DNA of 64,000 nt, taken from assembly GCF_000007005.1 (NCBI RefSeq), contig NC_002754.1, one strand, 5' to 3'. Position 1 is the first letter of the stretch, and each line of letters opens with the position of its first letter. The DNA is from Saccharolobus solfataricus P2 (GTDB lineage: Archaea; Thermoproteota; Thermoprotei_A; Sulfolobales; Sulfolobaceae). Below are positions 13,181 to 23,405 of the stretch, piece after piece. The translations under genes and the position numbers were made by a program. The notes below the pieces were generated by a model that did not search any database, was not told the origin of the DNA, and saw only the letters and a list, made by a program, of their open reading frames with translations.

Positions 13181-13756
13181 CTAAACCATATATTTCAACA
13201 AACCCCCATCATCACTTACTTTACCGTATAAATCCAACAAATAATTAGGAATTTCAATCTCTCTACTAGTAACGCTTTTCACTATAATGAACTTAAAACC
13301 CCTAGTGCTCTTAATTAGCTTAATCATTGAGTGAGAAGTGTGTGAACCGAAAATCGAACCTTCTCTTTCCCTATCCATAAAGCTGAACAAGAACTTCCTG
13401 CCCTTAACTTTCCTCAATGACGAGACGATCTTAGTGTAGTTCTTTCTATAATGATAAGGATCAATAATAATTAAGTCGTTATCTCCCATTGAGTCTATAG
13501 TAATTGGCACATCTTCAGCCTTGAAAGCCCTCCTTATATACACCTCTGCGTGATTGTCGAAGATGTTTTGAAAACGCTCTATTAAGTAAGGATCTAATCC
13601 ACCTCTTTCGGAAACCACTACAACGTAAACTGGGGCTGAAATGGCTATAACTCTATGATAGAACGTTCTTAACAAATCGTTATCAGTTGAGAAGAACTCC
13701 ACAATTTCATCCCTCTTTATTATCTCGTCTAAAAAGGGAAAGCCAGTAGTTAACAC
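13181..13756 (-). CDS. Inactivated RadA/RecA-like protein of the dpo2 operon
   Basis: RecA-type N-terminus TTGFPFLD but no GxxxxGKT; translationally coupled to dpo2. Confidence 0.7.
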   Translation of the reverse strand: MLTTGFPFLDEIIKRDEIVEFFSTDNDLLRTFYHRVIAISAPVYVVVVSERGGLDPYLIERFQNIFDNHAEVYIRRAFKAEDVPITIDSMGDNDLIIIDPYHYRKNYTKIVSSLRKVKGRKFLFSFMDREREGSIFGSHTSHSMIKLIKSTRGFKFIIVKSVTSREIEIPNYLLDLYGKVSDDGGLLKYMV

Positions 13757-15408
13757 CTAGACATCACCTCTTCCACGTCTTCATAAACCCTCTTCAAGTA
13801 ATTGATGTAGTAATTTACGTCCCTTCCCATATAACCTAGCCTAGCCTCATAAAATCCCTTAATTCCCCTTACGTAAGGAACGTCCTTAATCCATATTACG
13901 TAATCTATTGGCTCACCGTTTATAGCCCTCTTTCTATAATGCTCGAATAAATCCCTAATCCTAAGCTTTTTAACGTCAGAACAAGTCTTAGCTGATGAGA
14001 ACTCCCTTAGCACGTCTTCCAAAAACGATTTAACGATATTGGGCATGTTCTCCCTTATTAGTCCCTTAGCTATCATTTCACCGTTCATGTTTGCAATATA
14101 TCTTGTAGGATATGGTGTATTGTTTCTGGTAATAGTGAAGATAATCCAATTGTAACGTTTATAATCCAGTCTTAACCCCGTTTCTTTCTCGACTTTCTCA
14201 ATGAATTTATCAACGTTATCACCCTTAACAACCAGTGAATCTATTATACCATGTAAAACCCTTAACCCCATCTCCTCAGCAATCTCCATTGTTCTCCTTA
14301 ACGTTTTCCTAGCTAAATATGTGACCATTTCGTATGCCTCAATCTTTCCAAACAAGGAATTCCTATAACCTAGATAGCCAAAAGAGGCTACTAAAATCCA
14401 CTTTATTGCCTCAGCTCTCTCTTCGTCAATTTTCTTCAATTCCGATTTTCTCTCTATCAACCACTGTAAGGCTTCTGGTATAATTCCCTTTTCCTTTAAG
14501 CAAATTGAGTGCAACTCAGTTTTTATATCATCACATGCTTCAACGGTTTCAGCTGAAATATTATGCTTTACAATTAAGGAGGGATACATTGAAGAGAAGT
14601 CAACTTGATAAACATTATCATAACATCCGGGCTGTGGGAAGAGTATTAGCCCACCCTTATCCACCATCATTATATCCTCTAATCTTCTCAATTTCTCAAC
14701 TCTAGGAACAACTTTAGGTATGATAATTCTTCTCTTAAATGCGACCCACGCTTCATTTATTGTTAACACTTTACCAATAGTGGCATAGGCTATTTCGTGA
14801 ATTGGTGTAAGCGAAATAAAGGACCACTCTATTAATCCCTTTGCCGAAACTGGGGACCTCTTCTTCTCAATTCTAATCTTAACGTTTGACTTTACGTAAT
14901 TGCAGGCTTCTCCTAAACATTCAGCGATATCGACCTCAACTTCAGGCTTTTCGTAAAATCTCCTAACCTCGTTATTTATTTTAACTTCAAACACTTTCCC
15001 TTTTAACGATTCACCGTACCAATCCAAGGGTACAACTCTTGCAATGGTTACCTTTGGAAATTCATCATCAGAAGAGCGAAATCTCCTAAATGGTTTTATC
15101 CCTAGGCGGTATAGCGTTTGAGATAGTACTGTTGGTGTTTCGTTCACGACGTTTAACCTTTTCCTCATGTAATAATAAGCGTCAAGGGATTCTACCTCAA
15201 AGCGATAAACCTTAACCTCTTTCCCATCTAACGTTTTCCACTTTTCCTTTTCGTAATATCTCACCTCTGGGTGCTGTAGTACTATATCTGGGTTATCTGT
15301 TATGGTGTAAACTGGGAAGGTTGTTCTGATAGTTTTCTCCTTGAAATTGCTTAGGAATAGTTTCACTCCTCCCTTGATTGGATAAGCGTCAAGTACGTAC
15401 TCCTCCAT
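13750..15408 (-). CDS. dpo2: Family B DNA polymerase PolB2 (Dpo2)
   Basis: VDFSSMYPS motif A, variant KWILVASFGY motif B, HGIIDS motif C with one Asp lost; likely start MEEYVLD at 15408. Confidence 0.93.
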   Translation of the reverse strand: MEEYVLDAYPIKGGVKLFLSNFKEKTIRTTFPVYTITDNPDIVLQHPEVRYYEKEKWKTLDGKEVKVYRFEVESLDAYYYMRKRLNVVNETPTVLSQTLYRLGIKPFRRFRSSDDEFPKVTIARVVPLDWYGESLKGKVFEVKINNEVRRFYEKPEVEVDIAECLGEACNYVKSNVKIRIEKKRSPVSAKGLIEWSFISLTPIHEIAYATIGKVLTINEAWVAFKRRIIIPKVVPRVEKLRRLEDIMMVDKGGLILFPQPGCYDNVYQVDFSSMYPSLIVKHNISAETVEACDDIKTELHSICLKEKGIIPEALQWLIERKSELKKIDEERAEAIKWILVASFGYLGYRNSLFGKIEAYEMVTYLARKTLRRTMEIAEEMGLRVLHGIIDSLVVKGDNVDKFIEKVEKETGLRLDYKRYNWIIFTITRNNTPYPTRYIANMNGEMIAKGLIRENMPNIVKSFLEDVLREFSSAKTCSDVKKLRIRDLFEHYRKRAINGEPIDYVIWIKDVPYVRGIKGFYEARLGYMGRDVNYYINYLKRVYEDVEEVMSRC

Positions 15409-15629
15409 TTCTCGCATTCCTCCGCCAAAGCCCAAATTAGCGCAAAGTAAACTAGGTTATAGGGATCAACCAGTTCGTCATATGATGCACTTTGAGTATA
15501 CCTTACTTTTTCCTTAACCCTTTCTAGTAAAAGGGATAATATGGGAGAGTGTAAGCGTTCTATAATTCTTTCCAGCTTTTCCAATTCTCTGTTCACCGCC
15601 ATGGTGTATGAGGGTTGTGTTCTTCCCAT
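15363..15629 (-). CDS. Small helical protein upstream of PolB2 (arCOG07300-like)
   Basis: MGRTQPSY start, 88 aa, overlaps the dpo2 start; matches the known PolB2 neighbourhood. Confidence 0.75.
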   Translation of the reverse strand: MGRTQPSYTMAVNRELEKLERIIERLHSPILSLLLERVKEKVRYTQSASYDELVDPYNLVYFALIWALAEECEKWRSTYLTLIQSREE

Positions 15630-15675
15630 GTGTTACATCTCTCCTCTGGTAAATTAAGTCTTTAGAGAGAATACT

Positions 15676-15681
15676 GAAAGT
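15676..15681 (-). promoter_or_regulatory. ANTTTC DNA-damage-response motif
   Basis: ACTTTC ~50 nt upstream of the operon's first ATG, upstream of a TTAATTTA TATA-like box. Confidence 0.5.
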
Positions 15682-16062
15682 GTAGGTTTTAACTTTTGTA
15701 GTTAAATATTAGGAAGATAGTATCTTAAAGAGAGTATTATCTTTTAATTATAGAAGAAAAAGTTTCGACAAGGTGTGAGAGTCTGTCCTAGCGGAATGTA
15801 TAGATACCCTATAAGGTATTTGCAATTATGAAGATCACTGTTGAGTAACTTAATTTATTGAGATGAAATACTTGTATTACCTTCCTTTCAATTAACCTTA
15901 GAGTGTTCAATTTTAGGTTTCTAATACCTCTTTGTGAGAGTTCAACACAAGATAAGAGGCCTATAAATATAAAGATATGTCGGACGACTATTATAGAAAC
16001 TTTTTTATAAAATTTGGTCAACACAAGTATAATATGGAAAAGAAAAAGAGGTGTAATAGTGA

Positions 16063-18558
16063 TTGAAAAGATATAATTACCTCATAATAGCTGTATTAGG
16101 GATTTTATTAGTTATTCTTTCCACCTTTACAACATCCCTATCAATTTTAAATCCATTTCTCGGAATTTGGTACTCTTCTGGTAACGTTAAAATTTTAAAC
16201 GAAATCGTTTCAATCCCTGGCTTAATCGGCAACGTAAATATATGCATAGATAGCAATGGAATAGCTCACATTTACGCAACCAATCCCGGCGACCTCTTTG
16301 TAGCTGAAGGCTATTACGAGGCTAGCCAGAGGTTGTTCGAAATGGAGCTACTTGGTCTTCTGTCCATGGGAAATTTAAGCTCTTGGGTTGGTTCTAAAGC
16401 CTTATCTTCAGACATCGCTATGCATTTAATAGGAATACCTCAGAACGCAATAATGAGCTCACAATACTTAGAACAGAATTATCCAACAATTTACTTTTAT
16501 CTGGAAGCCTTTTCTCAAGGTGTTAACGATTACATAAATACTCTAAACTATAGGAATTTGCCTTTAGAGTTCAAGTTATTAAACGTTAAGCCTTATTATT
16601 GGTCTCCCGTATACTCGTTAGCCATCGGTGAATACATGGCGTGGAGCTTAACTTCCGGCTTTAGCGAAGAACTTGAATCCGGGCTTCTTTACGCTTACTT
16701 TAACTACACTGAAATTAATGAAATTAACCCATATTATCCTCATTTCATAGATGGGAACCTCACTGTGGTCCCAGGTGATGGTACAGTTAACGGTTATAAT
16801 TTAACCGATCAAGGGATTTCACCTCAGTATCTGTGGTCGCTAAACTGGTATCAGCCATGGGCTACTGGTATTAGTAAAGATCAGTTAAAAGAGTTAGTAC
16901 CCCTAATGAAGTATGCCCTACTCAACATTTCGGATCCCTTTATCCCATTTCCGAAATTCGCAAGCAACTCATGGGTCATAACTTCCAACTTTTCCACTCA
17001 AGGTCCAATACTGGCTAATGACCCACATTTACCTTTATTCTCACCCTCATTGTGGATCCCATTACAGCTTATAGCAGCAATGTTTAATGTGACTGGTTGG
17101 TCATTAGTTGGTATACCCGGAGTACTAATTGGGCACACACCTTACACTGCATGGGGATTGACTACACCCGAAGGAAGCTCCTCAAACGCCTATCTGGAAA
17201 TACTGAGAGAGAACGGACTTGAATACTACTATAACGGCAAATGGTATTTAACAGGTGTGTATTATTATACATTAATGGGGAAAACATACACTGTCTACTA
17301 TACGAATAATGGACCGCTAGTAGCTAGGTATAAGAATTACGGAATAAGCTTGTATTGGTCTGCATGGAAGGAGCCTATTCTTACAGTAGTTTCCATAATT
17401 CTTTTAGACAGTTCAACGTCCTTTAGCGATCTAATAAACGCAGCAAGGTATTGGGTAATTCCTCCACAGAACTTGGCAATCGTAAGTAGGCACCACGCAG
17501 GGATAATCGTAGCTGGGCTATATCCGCTCATAAATGAGACCTTACCTAACGGAAAAAGCGTGTTGGTAGTAGGTGCAAGAATGCCATTAAACGGTACTAC
17601 TGCGAAATACGAACCAATTGGTTACATACCCTTCAAATACCTACCGCAGACGTTTGATCCCTTAAGGGGTTTCGCTTTCGCACCTAATCAGCCTACTGTT
17701 TGGATAAATTATCCATTCCCGTTCATTGGCGGATTCTGGAGCTCTGGTGGTAGGGCTGAGGACATTTATCATTATTTAGAGTATCAGCGATATGTTAACG
17801 TTAGCGATATGATGAAATTACAATCTAATGTAACCGATTATTGGGCATCACTACTTACTCCCCTTATAATAAAGGCTATAAACAATAACGTGAACGGCAG
17901 TATCCAAGAAGCTGCGTTAAACTATTTACGTAATTGGAACTTCACGTTTTACCAAAACGAGGTCGCGCCAACAATATATACTTATATAGTAGCTGAAATG
18001 GTGAACAATAGTATTGCGAAAATACTTAATAACACGGGTTTAGACATATTAGATATAGCTAGTATACCTTATATTGTACCTGACTTCATATACATTGCAC
18101 AAAACGATCCAACATCAACTTGGGTCAATGGGAACTTCACTAACTTAGTTAGGCAGTCTTTTATTAAAGCAATCTCGTTATTAGAAGAGAATTTAGGAGA
18201 CAATATAAGTCAATGGTATTGGGGAAGAGTACATTTCTTAGAAATTTACAACCCATTGGGATTAAAGGCACTTTCCGTTGGACCTATTCCAATATTTGGT
18301 GATCCTCATACGCTTGCAGTTGGTTCAACTCCCTATATTCCCACAGTTCCTTTACCTTACGTAACAGTAGGTTCATCGCTCAGGTTTATAGCTTCACCAT
18401 ACTCTTCACAATTCTACGGGATATTTCCGGGAGGTCCCTCAGAGAGTCTAGTTAGTGAGTTTAGGGAGAATCAATTACCCTTATGGCTATCCTTCAAATA
18501 CGTCTCCTATTCTGGGTATAATTACACTACAATAGCGAAAATATCATTAGAGCCGTGA
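16063..18558 (+). CDS. Penicillin acylase family Ntn hydrolase, membrane-anchored or secreted
   Basis: N-terminal hydrophobic helix; AHIYA, QRLFEM, SNSWVI (Ntn Ser), LANDPHL motifs. Confidence 0.92.
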   Translation: MKRYNYLIIAVLGILLVILSTFTTSLSILNPFLGIWYSSGNVKILNEIVSIPGLIGNVNICIDSNGIAHIYATNPGDLFVAEGYYEASQRLFEMELLGLLSMGNLSSWVGSKALSSDIAMHLIGIPQNAIMSSQYLEQNYPTIYFYLEAFSQGVNDYINTLNYRNLPLEFKLLNVKPYYWSPVYSLAIGEYMAWSLTSGFSEELESGLLYAYFNYTEINEINPYYPHFIDGNLTVVPGDGTVNGYNLTDQGISPQYLWSLNWYQPWATGISKDQLKELVPLMKYALLNISDPFIPFPKFASNSWVITSNFSTQGPILANDPHLPLFSPSLWIPLQLIAAMFNVTGWSLVGIPGVLIGHTPYTAWGLTTPEGSSSNAYLEILRENGLEYYYNGKWYLTGVYYYTLMGKTYTVYYTNNGPLVARYKNYGISLYWSAWKEPILTVVSIILLDSSTSFSDLINAARYWVIPPQNLAIVSRHHAGIIVAGLYPLINETLPNGKSVLVVGARMPLNGTTAKYEPIGYIPFKYLPQTFDPLRGFAFAPNQPTVWINYPFPFIGGFWSSGGRAEDIYHYLEYQRYVNVSDMMKLQSNVTDYWASLLTPLIIKAINNNVNGSIQEAALNYLRNWNFTFYQNEVAPTIYTYIVAEMVNNSIAKILNNTGLDILDIASIPYIVPDFIYIAQNDPTSTWVNGNFTNLVRQSFIKAISLLEENLGDNISQWYWGRVHFLEIYNPLGLKALSVGPIPIFGDPHTLAVGSTPYIPTVPLPYVTVGSSLRFIASPYSSQFYGIFPGGPSESLVSEFRENQLPLWLSFKYVSYSGYNYTTIAKISLEP

Positions 18559-18905
18559 TAGTGATGAAAGTTTCAAATATGATTTACATTATCATTTCAA
18601 TTGTACTAGCGTATATAATGCAAATCTTTGTATTGTATCCATTTACAGCCATAGTTGTAGGAGTACCATTAGGATTATTAAGCAGGAAATATTCAATGAT
18701 AGGAAGTTTTCTCATAGGGTTCTTGTCCTCGCTTTCCCTTTACCTAATTTACCCTATTGACGGCGTTAGTAGGATGGCAGAAATAATTGGACGATTAATT
18801 AACGCTAACCCATTTCTAGCTATACTTCTTTACCCACTAATTTATGGTACAATATCATTAATTAGTGCGCTATTATTCTATTATATAATTAGAGTAAGTA
18901 AATAA
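18555..18905 (+). CDS. Small membrane protein, coupled to the acylase gene
   Basis: Several hydrophobic segments; 4-nt overlap with upstream stop. Confidence 0.75.
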   Translation: MIVMKVSNMIYIIISIVLAYIMQIFVLYPFTAIVVGVPLGLLSRKYSMIGSFLIGFLSSLSLYLIYPIDGVSRMAEIIGRLINANPFLAILLYPLIYGTISLISALLFYYIIRVSK

Positions 18906-19142
18906 ATAATGTACTCTTGTTGGCTTTACGATAATCGTTTCTTTTTGTCTTATTTGGTGTTGTAGTAGTATTTTCTTACATAACCTATCTGTTATTCTCG
19001 TAATTTCTCACCTCTCCTTATCCCAAGGATGTGAAGAGGGAAGACTTTTACTCGTCCTTTTATTTATAACATTAATATCAGAGGATAATTCTATTAAAAT
19101 AGAGAAAACGCTTAATAATATTACTGATTTATTTTCAAAAGG

Positions 19143-19180
19143 ATGATTTTGGGTCTACCAGTGAGGGCGGAGTAGTTCAC
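19143..19180 (+). mobile_element. Solo ISC1225-type TIR abutting an IS200/IS605 right end
   Basis: ATGATTTTGGGTCTACC followed by GTGAGGGCGGAGTAGTTCAC. Confidence 0.7.
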
Positions 19181-19235
19181 TAATATTGAGTACAATCAGA
19201 TCAACGAACATATAATTAAGGGATTACGCTGAGAA

Positions 19236-19559
19236 ATGCCTAAAGCTAGTTTGCCTTACTATTCCGAAGTGTTGATAGGAGTTAGGAAATGTATGAACGT
19301 TTTAGTTACCAAGAGTTTGGTAGAGGTTAGAGAAACTGAAGACTACTCACTACTTTTCTTCCTAGGTGCATTCTTCGGAGCTTTCCTAGTATTGTTTGAA
19401 GCTAGAATTGCAAATTGCTGTACGTTTGGTCACATACTGTCCGGAAACCTACAGATGGTGATTTCGAGTTTCGCATTCCTAATTGCAGTAATGTTAGGAG
19501 TGTGGATAACTTTAAGCTTAGTGTTGAGACTGAGAATTAACAGCATAGGATATAGGTGA
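19236..19559 (+). pseudogene. YeeE/YedE sulfur-transporter fragment
   Basis: ARIANCCTFGHILSGNLQ resembles the GARIAxGCTxGHxxSG signature; N-terminus looks non-homologous. Confidence 0.55.
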
Positions 19560-19631
19560 ACTACTATATAGATGATAAGGGATACTTTCTCTCTTTATGG
19601 AAATATATATATAGCAATATCTTTTTTCCTT

Positions 19632-20885
19632 TCACTTTTTCCTATTCTCATGTGCTTTCACTTCCCTTAACGTTTCATACACTAAAATTCCTATAAATAG
19701 CGTAACAACACCTATTTCCAAAGAGTTTAAGCCGAGTGAAATCATGAATAGTGCTGAAAGTATTATTGCGAAAACTTGGATTACTGGAAAAGCGGGAGAT
19801 CTGAAACTTCCCCTTAGACCTTTCCTTCTGACAATTATGACTTCCAGACCAGTAAGCATATAGGAAAATATGATCCCGAAATTACTGGCTAACGCTATTG
19901 CCTCCACGTTCCCTAATAGTAGCGATGCTAACATTATCCCACCTACAACTAATAGCTCGTGTTTTACTGGTAATTGGAAATCCCTTGACAATTGCCTTAA
20001 AGTCCTTTCACTGGCAACAATGATGGATAAGGTTACGCTAATAGTTGCTAGGATTGCTGATATTGAAGTAATTAGGAACAACCATGTGGGAGCGTGAATT
20101 TGGGATAGGGCTAAGGAGAGAGGGGCTGAAGTTTGACCGTAATAGTACCAAGGCATTGCGTCAACCATGGAGAATATAACTGAGATATAGATTATTGAGG
20201 TTATTATTAACGACATCACAATCGCCCTTGGGATTACCTTTTCACCGTTTTTAGTTGATGGCGTTAGTGTGACAATTGTGTTAAAGCCGGAATAGGAGAA
20301 AAAGGCCAAATTCGACGTTGTCAATACTCCTTGTATTCCATGGGGAAACAACGGTACGAAATTATGTACTTTTATCCCTACTATAATGGGGATTGTTAAT
20401 GAGAAGAGTATTAGACTTGAAATGTTTATTATCACAAATATCGTATCGACTTCAGCAACTGTCCCTATCCCGAAATAGTCCAAAACCAGTAAGATTACGA
20501 TGAGTATCACAGCTAAAGTGTAGTAAAGCGTTTTGGGTAGACCAAATAGTAGGAGATAGCCCGAAAAGCCTAGAGCAGTTGCAGCTCCGCCAATTACATA
20601 TGATATTACCCTAAACCAACCCACTAGGAATCCGGACATTTCCCCTAAGGTCTTTAAGGTAAAACTGTAAACTCCTCCTTCAACGTCAGTGAAAATCGAG
20701 GATAATTCTGCACTATTTAATCCAATTGACATTGCGAAAATTGCAGTAAATATAAAGGCTATTATTGCTCCAGGCCCAGCGACGCTTATCGTCGAACCCG
20801 CCATAACGAATATACCAGCTCCTATTATGTTTCCTAAACCAATGAATAAAGCTTGCCAAAAGGTCAGTAGTTTCTTTTCACTCAT
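19632..20885 (-). CDS. APC-family amino acid permease
   Basis: GNIIGAGIF, GGVYSF, FFSYSGF motifs; ~12 TM segments. Confidence 0.92.
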   Translation of the reverse strand: MSEKKLLTFWQALFIGLGNIIGAGIFVMAGSTISVAGPGAIIAFIFTAIFAMSIGLNSAELSSIFTDVEGGVYSFTLKTLGEMSGFLVGWFRVISYVIGGAATALGFSGYLLLFGLPKTLYYTLAVILIVILLVLDYFGIGTVAEVDTIFVIINISSLILFSLTIPIIVGIKVHNFVPLFPHGIQGVLTTSNLAFFSYSGFNTIVTLTPSTKNGEKVIPRAIVMSLIITSIIYISVIFSMVDAMPWYYYGQTSAPLSLALSQIHAPTWLFLITSISAILATISVTLSIIVASERTLRQLSRDFQLPVKHELLVVGGIMLASLLLGNVEAIALASNFGIIFSYMLTGLEVIIVRRKGLRGSFRSPAFPVIQVFAIILSALFMISLGLNSLEIGVVTLFIGILVYETLREVKAHENRKK

Positions 20886-20990
20886 TGGTTTAACTAGTTT
20901 TCTCCAGTTTTAAATATCCATCTTTCAATTTTATATTAGATTTGGGAAAAAGCTTAAAAAAGGGAAATATCTTCCTTTAAATCGATAAAA

Positions 20991-22553
20991 ATGAATAAAT
21001 ATATTTTAGTTTCTGTATTATTAATCTTGGTAACTGTAAGTGGAGTTATAGGTTACCTAGTGGGAAGTACAAACCACGAAACTACGCAAACTATAGTACA
21101 AGGGCAAAAGATAATAGTATATCCACAGAGTGATCCTGCGAATTTAGGAAATGGTGAAGACTACCTAATAAACCCAGTATTTCCATATCACACGATAGCT
21201 GCACAATATGCCTATGTTACTCCAGGTGAAGGTTTAGTATTTATAGGAAATCCCTACATTTCTGGTAATGGCTATTTAGCAGGTGCTAAAGGGGCTGCAG
21301 TAGTTTCCTCAATGTTAGCCTACCAACCCTTAACTAGCTATAACTATTATCTGTATATTAATTCTCCGAGTTGCATTAACGTGGGTGGTGCAGTAAAGAC
21401 TGATTCCGCTACAGTTATGTATTTAGCATCAATGCTAAATGAACAATCTTCATTAAATAAGTCGTTATACTTCTTAGGGGATGTTGGCTTAGAAGGTTAC
21501 ATGTACTCAACTGGTGTTGTATACCAAAGGATTGTACAATTGTATGAGGGAGGAATTTATTACTTGGTAGTTCCTCAAATGATGGCTCTGGCTGAGGGTC
21601 AAAATTACCAAATGGCATTACAATTCGCTAAAGAGCATGGAGAAGTTTTGTATACAGTCTCATCAATACCACAAATTTATCAAATAGTAACACAATCACA
21701 ATTACCCCAACAAAAAGGTTACATTGATTTCCCAATCAATTTCAGTGCTGGTTTTCAGTACTTAAGCCAAATTTACAGTACGTTGTACAATGGAAGTATT
21801 AATGCTACTGCAAAGGCTATGGCTCAAAAGTATTGGAGTGAAGCTGAGAGTTTAGCAAAGAGTGGAAATTATACCACCTTTTACTTCTTACCGAACCCCG
21901 CAGTTAACGCAATTGAATTACTTTATCAGAACAATTATAATTTATCAGCTGAAGTTGATAAGGCAATTTTAGAAGCAAGTAATTTGAGCAATTTGTGGAA
22001 GATCGAAACTGCTAGCGAAGCTGCATATTTATTTACCGGTAATTTATCAGATAAGATATTGGCTAACGCTTGGGCTTCCTTGAGTTTGTCCATAAATGTA
22101 GGATCGTCCATTACACCCTATGGTTTCTATCGGGGATTGTATAATGCGTTTATAATTGATTTATACGCAGCTGAGTATGTTGATAGTGTTACCAACTCTC
22201 AATATGGTAACATTTCGCTACTATTACAAACGTATAGAAATCCTAACGTGATATATGACTTTGGTTTCTTCTCCAACTACTACGCTAAGATGAGTATAAA
22301 GTTTAGAGATTACTTCTTAAAGCAGTTGAACACTACGGATCAACAAGTAGTGTTGAATTCAATTTACTCATATATGGCAAACGAGACTCAAATACTTGAG
22401 AACGCAGCAGCCTATTACGATGGACCTTCAGTTGTCGGCTATTTAATGATGAGTCATGGAATGCAGACTCACAATTTGGCTCTACTTTACTATTCAATGC
22501 CCTTCACGAGGTTTGTCATGAATATGGAGGAGCTAACTTGGCAACTAGGATAA
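20991..22553 (+). CDS. Secreted protein with a degenerate Lon-type (S16, COG1750-like) protease domain
   Basis: Signal/anchor helix; TPGEGLVF..., [29 protein letters not shown] follow the Lon_C layout. Confidence 0.55.
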   Translation: MNKYILVSVLLILVTVSGVIGYLVGSTNHETTQTIVQGQKIIVYPQSDPANLGNGEDYLINPVFPYHTIAAQYAYVTPGEGLVFIGNPYISGNGYLAGAKGAAVVSSMLAYQPLTSYNYYLYINSPSCINVGGAVKTDSATVMYLASMLNEQSSLNKSLYFLGDVGLEGYMYSTGVVYQRIVQLYEGGIYYLVVPQMMALAEGQNYQMALQFAKEHGEVLYTVSSIPQIYQIVTQSQLPQQKGYIDFPINFSAGFQYLSQIYSTLYNGSINATAKAMAQKYWSEAESLAKSGNYTTFYFLPNPAVNAIELLYQNNYNLSAEVDKAILEASNLSNLWKIETASEAAYLFTGNLSDKILANAWASLSLSINVGSSITPYGFYRGLYNAFIIDLYAAEYVDSVTNSQYGNISLLLQTYRNPNVIYDFGFFSNYYAKMSIKFRDYFLKQLNTTDQQVVLNSIYSYMANETQILENAAAYYDGPSVVGYLMMSHGMQTHNLALLYYSMPFTRFVMNMEELTWQLG

Positions 22554-23180
22554 GGTAAGATTCTCTTTTTTATTTTTATTTGTTAATATAAATTCTATTG
22601 ATAACTTTATTCCCCTTATCATAGTATCTAAACTCATGGATGGAATAGATCGTTGTATTCTCGCGGCATATGACTCGTGTAAGGGAACGTGAATGAAACC
22701 ACCTAAGCTATTGTACTTTCTAGCTTCCCTAATTATGATGTACATTGCGTTATTACAAAGATAGCTACCAGCACTTAAGCTTAATTCAGCTGGTATTCCG
22801 TTTTCATTTAATAAGTCTACAAGGTCCTCTACTGGTATATTCGTAAAGATACCGTCTTGCCCTAAGGGGTCAATCTTCTCTCCCCTATACTTCTTTCCAG
22901 CGTTATCTCCTTCCCTTGAATACCTATAGTTTATGGCTATCTTCTCTGGAGTTATCTTCGCTCTACCCGGGGCTAAACCAATTCCCAAAGTTAATATTGG
23001 TTTCGTCTCCCTAATTTTCGTAACTATCACATCCTCTATCTTCTTATACTCAACTGGCAGTATCACACCTTTGACCTCTTCCTTTAATATGGTACTTCTA
23101 TTTAAGGCTTCAACAATTAACTGAGATGGATTTTCCTTGTATTCCAAAAAGGGTTCAAAACCAAACAAGAGAACTGTCAT
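22545..23180 (-). CDS. pcp: Pyroglutamyl-peptidase I
   Basis: [20 protein letters not shown] (catalytic Cys), GFIHVP. Confidence 0.95.
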   Translation of the reverse strand: MTVLLFGFEPFLEYKENPSQLIVEALNRSTILKEEVKGVILPVEYKKIEDVIVTKIRETKPILTLGIGLAPGRAKITPEKIAINYRYSREGDNAGKKYRGEKIDPLGQDGIFTNIPVEDLVDLLNENGIPAELSLSAGSYLCNNAMYIIIREARKYNSLGGFIHVPLHESYAARIQRSIPSMSLDTMIRGIKLSIEFILTNKNKKENLTLS

Positions 23181-23276
23181 ACTAATCTCTTTAACGCTCA
23201 GACTATTAACTTTATTTTTTTTTCTTTTCTCTCTCCTCTTACGAAGGTTGGGGAGAGTTTAGAAAAGACCTTTCTC

Positions 23277-23356
23277 TAGCATTTTGGAAAAGTTCTTAGA
23301 CTATGATCTAGTGGTATATCCTTTGCCTATAAGCCATAAACTTTCTGAAAGCACTA
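23277..23356. mobile_element. SM1-type MITE (80 bp)
   Basis: TAG...CTA ends, 2-bp TSD TC; copies at 29536, 42306, 43400. Confidence 0.9.
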
Positions 23357-23405
23357 TCGTTAAGCCGGAACATTCAGCAATTGCAGTTGCAAGTAGAAGT
23401 GTTAA

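Noticed and set aside
15809-16024. 71-aa ORF
   Set aside because: Overlaps a degenerate SM3-like sequence; no protein motif
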